Origin: Scyliorhinus canicula
Taxonomy: Eukaryota
Direction: 5' to 3'
Length of the DNA: 64,000 nucleotides
Assembly: GCF_902713615.1 (NCBI RefSeq)
Contig: NW_024055479.1
Coordinates: 1-64,000 of the forward strand
Positions 60,632 through 64,000 of the stretch are shown piece by piece. The position numbers were made by a program, and so were the translations under genes. Below the pieces are notes generated by a model. It was not told the origin of the DNA. It saw only the letters and a program-made list of their open reading frames with translations, and did no database searches. The stretch's first letter is position 1; each line of letters opens with the position of its first letter.

Positions 60632-60994
60632 CTGTAATTACCGTCACCGTGGTCCCTGGTGCCCAGTAGTCCAGAGCCCAACCCTCTGACCCTCTTGCAC
60701 AGTAATAGATGGCGGTGTCTTCGGTCTTTAGGTTCGTCATGGCCAAAGAGGAAATGTTGTTTGAAGTGTCTTTGGACGCAGTGAATCGATCTTTAATTGT
60801 TGGGGCGTAGCTGTTGCTGGATGAAGTATAGTCGTAAACCACCAACTCCAGCCCCTGTCCAGGAACCTGCCGGACCCAGTTCATGCCGTGGCTGCCAAGG
60901 TCGAAGCCGCTGGTTTTACAGGTCAGTGTCAGGGAGCCTCCGGGACGCCCGATCTCTGCCTCCGGCTGAGTCAACACAACATCCGACTGGACAC
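60632..60994 (-). CDS. IGHV: Pre-joined IgH VDJ exon
   Basis: TTTTTACAG|[53 protein letters not shown]|GTAAG; 363 nt, in frame; no RSS or intersegment DNA. Confidence 0.95.
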
Positions 60995-61122
60995 CTGTAA
61001 AAATATATCGAAAAGCCCGAGGATTAATGCTGGTGAAATGATTGGTGACTCTGGAACATTCCAGAGAGAGACTAACACTGAGACAGTAACAGTGAGAGAC
61101 TTGGACAATAAAAACTACTCAC

Positions 61123-61168
61123 GGGATAAGAAAGTCAGCAACAAACTGAGAGAAATGGCCCACCTCAT
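61123..61168 (-). CDS. IGHV: IgH leader exon
   Basis: ATG AGG TGG GCC ATT TCT CTC AGT TTG TTG CTG ACT TTC TTA TCC C|GTGAG (MRWAISLSLLLTFLS); 128-bp intron to V; in-frame upstream ATG at 61180. Confidence 0.92.
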
Positions 61169-61259
61169 CCTTCTGGTCATTTGGGGGAAATGGTTGTGTC
61201 AGGAACTCAGTGAACAAACCAGCTCCCGGACTGTTGGATTCGGGTCCCAGTGAGCGGCA

Positions 61260-61267
61260 TTTAAATA
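61260..61267 (-). promoter_or_regulatory. Candidate VH TATA box (TATTTAAA)
   Basis: About 90-100 bp upstream of the leader ATG in a GC-rich context. Confidence 0.6.
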
Positions 61268-62859
61268 CCCGGCAGAAGGGGGCGGCTTTCCAGGCGCCGC
61301 CTGTTGATTCCCTGGTGGAGGCGGCGACTGGATCCACGTCCCGCCTTCCACCCCCTCAACAGAATGGACCCGGAGATTTACTATAGGTTATTAGTAAAAT
61401 TGACTTTCCTCTGTGGTTTGTCTGAATGGATTCTCTGTAATGTCTCCATTGGTTCGAATGCCGAAATTACTTGTGAGAATCTGTTCATAAAAACTAATCC
61501 CATTGCAAATTAATTCGCTTTGTTTCTGCACTCCAACATAAGAGAATGAACATAAACAGGTCAAATTATATTAACAGGGAATAAGTTGATTGTTTGCCTA
61601 ATTTACGAAACTCTGAGTCTCTATCCAGTGAAAGCAATAAAGTATCGTATATCAGCGGAATTCGTATCGATTTATGGAATTAAACGCGGGGCTTGACCAA
61701 AGTTATTTACAGGATGGGTGGCTACCACTGTGCAATCTGGGTCTGTGGAAAAGAAGAAGCACTCACATTATACAATGTCACTATTTGCATTATGAACTAC
61801 CCCTGAGCCTCAGACAGTCCTGTGAACATCATCGGTAAAAGAAGCCGCTTGCCTGATAATTCAGCAGTGATTTGACAAAGAAAAGTAACATTTACATTAA
61901 CAGTTGACAGAGAAGTTAATAAATCGGAACGGGCACGGCGATCAGCAAAGTTATCCTTCAGCATCCAAATCATTGCCGCTAATTTTATTGATCACTGTTG
62001 GTTTAACATTCACTGGTGTTGGGAACACAGGATATCAGGACTGTGCGGCATATTACACAATATCACAGGAATAAATGTTTTATCTTCCACTGAAGCAGGT
62101 CATGAACTGGACATTTCTCCGCTCATTGGCAGCAATGGGAGGGACTGTTAAATAATGGGAATCAGCACAAATTAAACTGTACAGAACACGGTGCTGATCA
62201 GGTACAAGAGACTCCGCCGTTTAAATTCAGTCAACAACTCGGAGAATATTCCAGGAATTCCGGAGAGTTCAAGGCAGTTTAATGATTTTCTTTTAATTTA
62301 ACATTTTTTTTGCAATTCCCCTCATTTTCTCGGGCTTGTGGATTGTGTCCATCAACACCACTCACTCTCACTCCGTTAAGTTCTTGACGAACAGACTTTG
62401 ATAACTAGAGTGACCTTTACTCAGAACTAATATAAATTAAATAGCATCTGGTCAGTTCACTATTTCTCGATCATGTTTAACCTCAGAGTGAACAGAACAT
62501 TCACTGTATATAATACTGTCGATGAAATACGATTTAAAACGTTTACTTCATGTGGGACTGAAACATTTATTGTTTGAATGGATAAATCCCATTTTGTCCA
62601 TTCATATTCAGGTTAATCTGCTCCACACAGTATTTGGCAGCAATCCAGCAGCCTGCAGTCAGGGAGGCTCGAATGTTCAATGTTGTTTAAAGGAAGCATC
62701 TGGATTTTTTTCAGAGATCTGTTTCCTCAGTCCTGACCGCTTGGCTGCAAGCCAACTTCAAACTCTTAACATTGTCAATGAGGACTGTTTGTAAACAAAT
62801 CTACCCAGCAACAGCACTGGAGATCATTTTATGTTTTAAATTGTGAAGCTATTTGAACT

Positions 62860-63145
62860 TTTCTCATCTCTAATGAAAGGAGAGTTATCCAGCTTCTCTG
62901 GCACCTCTTAGCAACAGGTGTTTTTTTACACAGAGCGTATTGGGTGCCTGGAACTCGCTGCCGGAGGAGGTGGTGGAAGCAGGGACGATAGTGACGTTTA
63001 AGGGGCATCTTGCCAAATATATTAATAGGATGGGAATAGAGGGATACGGACACAGCGAGTGTAGAAGGTTTTAGATTAGACGAGCAGCATGGTCGACACA
63101 GACTTGGAGGACCGAAGGGCCTGTTCCTCTGCTGTACTTTCATTT
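62860..63145 (+). mobile_element. CR1 3' end
   Basis: TGGAACTCGCTGCC..GGGATACGG..GGACCGAAGGGCCTGTTCCTCTGCTGTA tail. Confidence 0.8.
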
Positions 63146-64000
63146 GTTCTTTGTTCATATAACCGACAGGAGGATCTCTTCCACATCCCATAAAATTGTG
63201 ACGATGGATAGAAATACAAGTAGACTATCAGACAGAGTATTAGACTGAGGGTAGATTGTGTAATAGATAAACATGTAGATTTATGTGCCTCTCCCTTTAT
63301 TCTTCCATGGAATATGGGACTCACTGGCAAGACCACCATGTGTTCCCTCTCGCGAGTTGCTGTTGAACTGAGTGGTTTGCTGGGCCAGCTCAGAAGGAAC
63401 TGAAGGGGCAGACATGTTGCTGTCCGACTGGAGCCACATGTAGGCGAGACCAGGGAGTGATATCAGATTTCCTTCATGGGTGAAAAAGAGAGGATTTCAT
63501 GGTCATCTTTAGTATATATTCCAGATTTATTAATTGAATTCAAATTCCAGCCATGGCGGGATTTGTACTGGGATCCTCACAGAATTAGCCTGGGCCTCAC
63601 GATTACTGGTACAATTACATTAATACTGCACCCACCATCTGCTCAAAATATACAAGGGTAACTTTGATGCAGGGATTAGTAATAGTTGAATATTTTGATT
63701 GAGGAATCAGTGAATGACATTGATGGATGGAGCTATAGATGGGCCTGAAAGATGCTGTTCAACATTCTCATTATTCTGCTTGACTACTTCGTAATTTGAA
63801 GCAGGTCCTTTGCAATGTGTGTCAGACCGATACATTCAGTCTTTCGAACTCTTCTGGATGAATTACATCCGCAGGCGATCAGGAACTAACGAGCGGGATG
63901 TCAGTAAGAGGAAGCTGACAATCTTAATCCGGTGCTGGTGATTCTTCACTGCTAGTGGTGAATCTTCATGTCAAAGACAGAAAGCTGGAACATGATTACA

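Noticed and set aside
62187-62212. RSS-like CACGGTG ... ACAAGAGAC upstream of V
   Set aside because: The spacer is 10 nt (not 12 or 22/23), the nonamer is poor, and there is no adjacent coding segment

Overview
Eukaryotic, repeat-dense genomic DNA from a cartilaginous fish. Shark-type IgM, V-SINEs and CR1 LINEs support this; a catshark-like species is a guess. The right half (minus strand) holds a complete IgM heavy-chain cluster: leader, a single already-joined VDJ exon with no RSS or D segments, CH1-CH4 with secretory tail, and TM1/TM2. The spliced secretory form is an open 572-aa frame. The 12.4-kb J-CH1 intron carries three adjacent tandem arrays: an AGCT-dense 29-mer about 0.5 kb upstream of CH1, a G-rich sense-strand 20-mer, and a 40-mer. 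Together they resemble a class-switch region. The membrane arm looks compromised. The TM1 acceptor reads GG where AG is expected. A very young Penelope-like element (1,536-bp inverted arms, 12-bp TSD, minimal hammerhead ribozymes) sits in the TM 3'UTR ahead of the poly(A) signals. The left half is a birth-and-death cluster of effector-less C2H2 zinc-finger genes and pseudogenes with two CpG promoters, a decayed L1, a tRNA-Arg(ACG) variant, a CR1-derived minisatellite, and many SINE/CR1/L2 fragments. All coordinates were read by hand; repeat boundaries are approximate.
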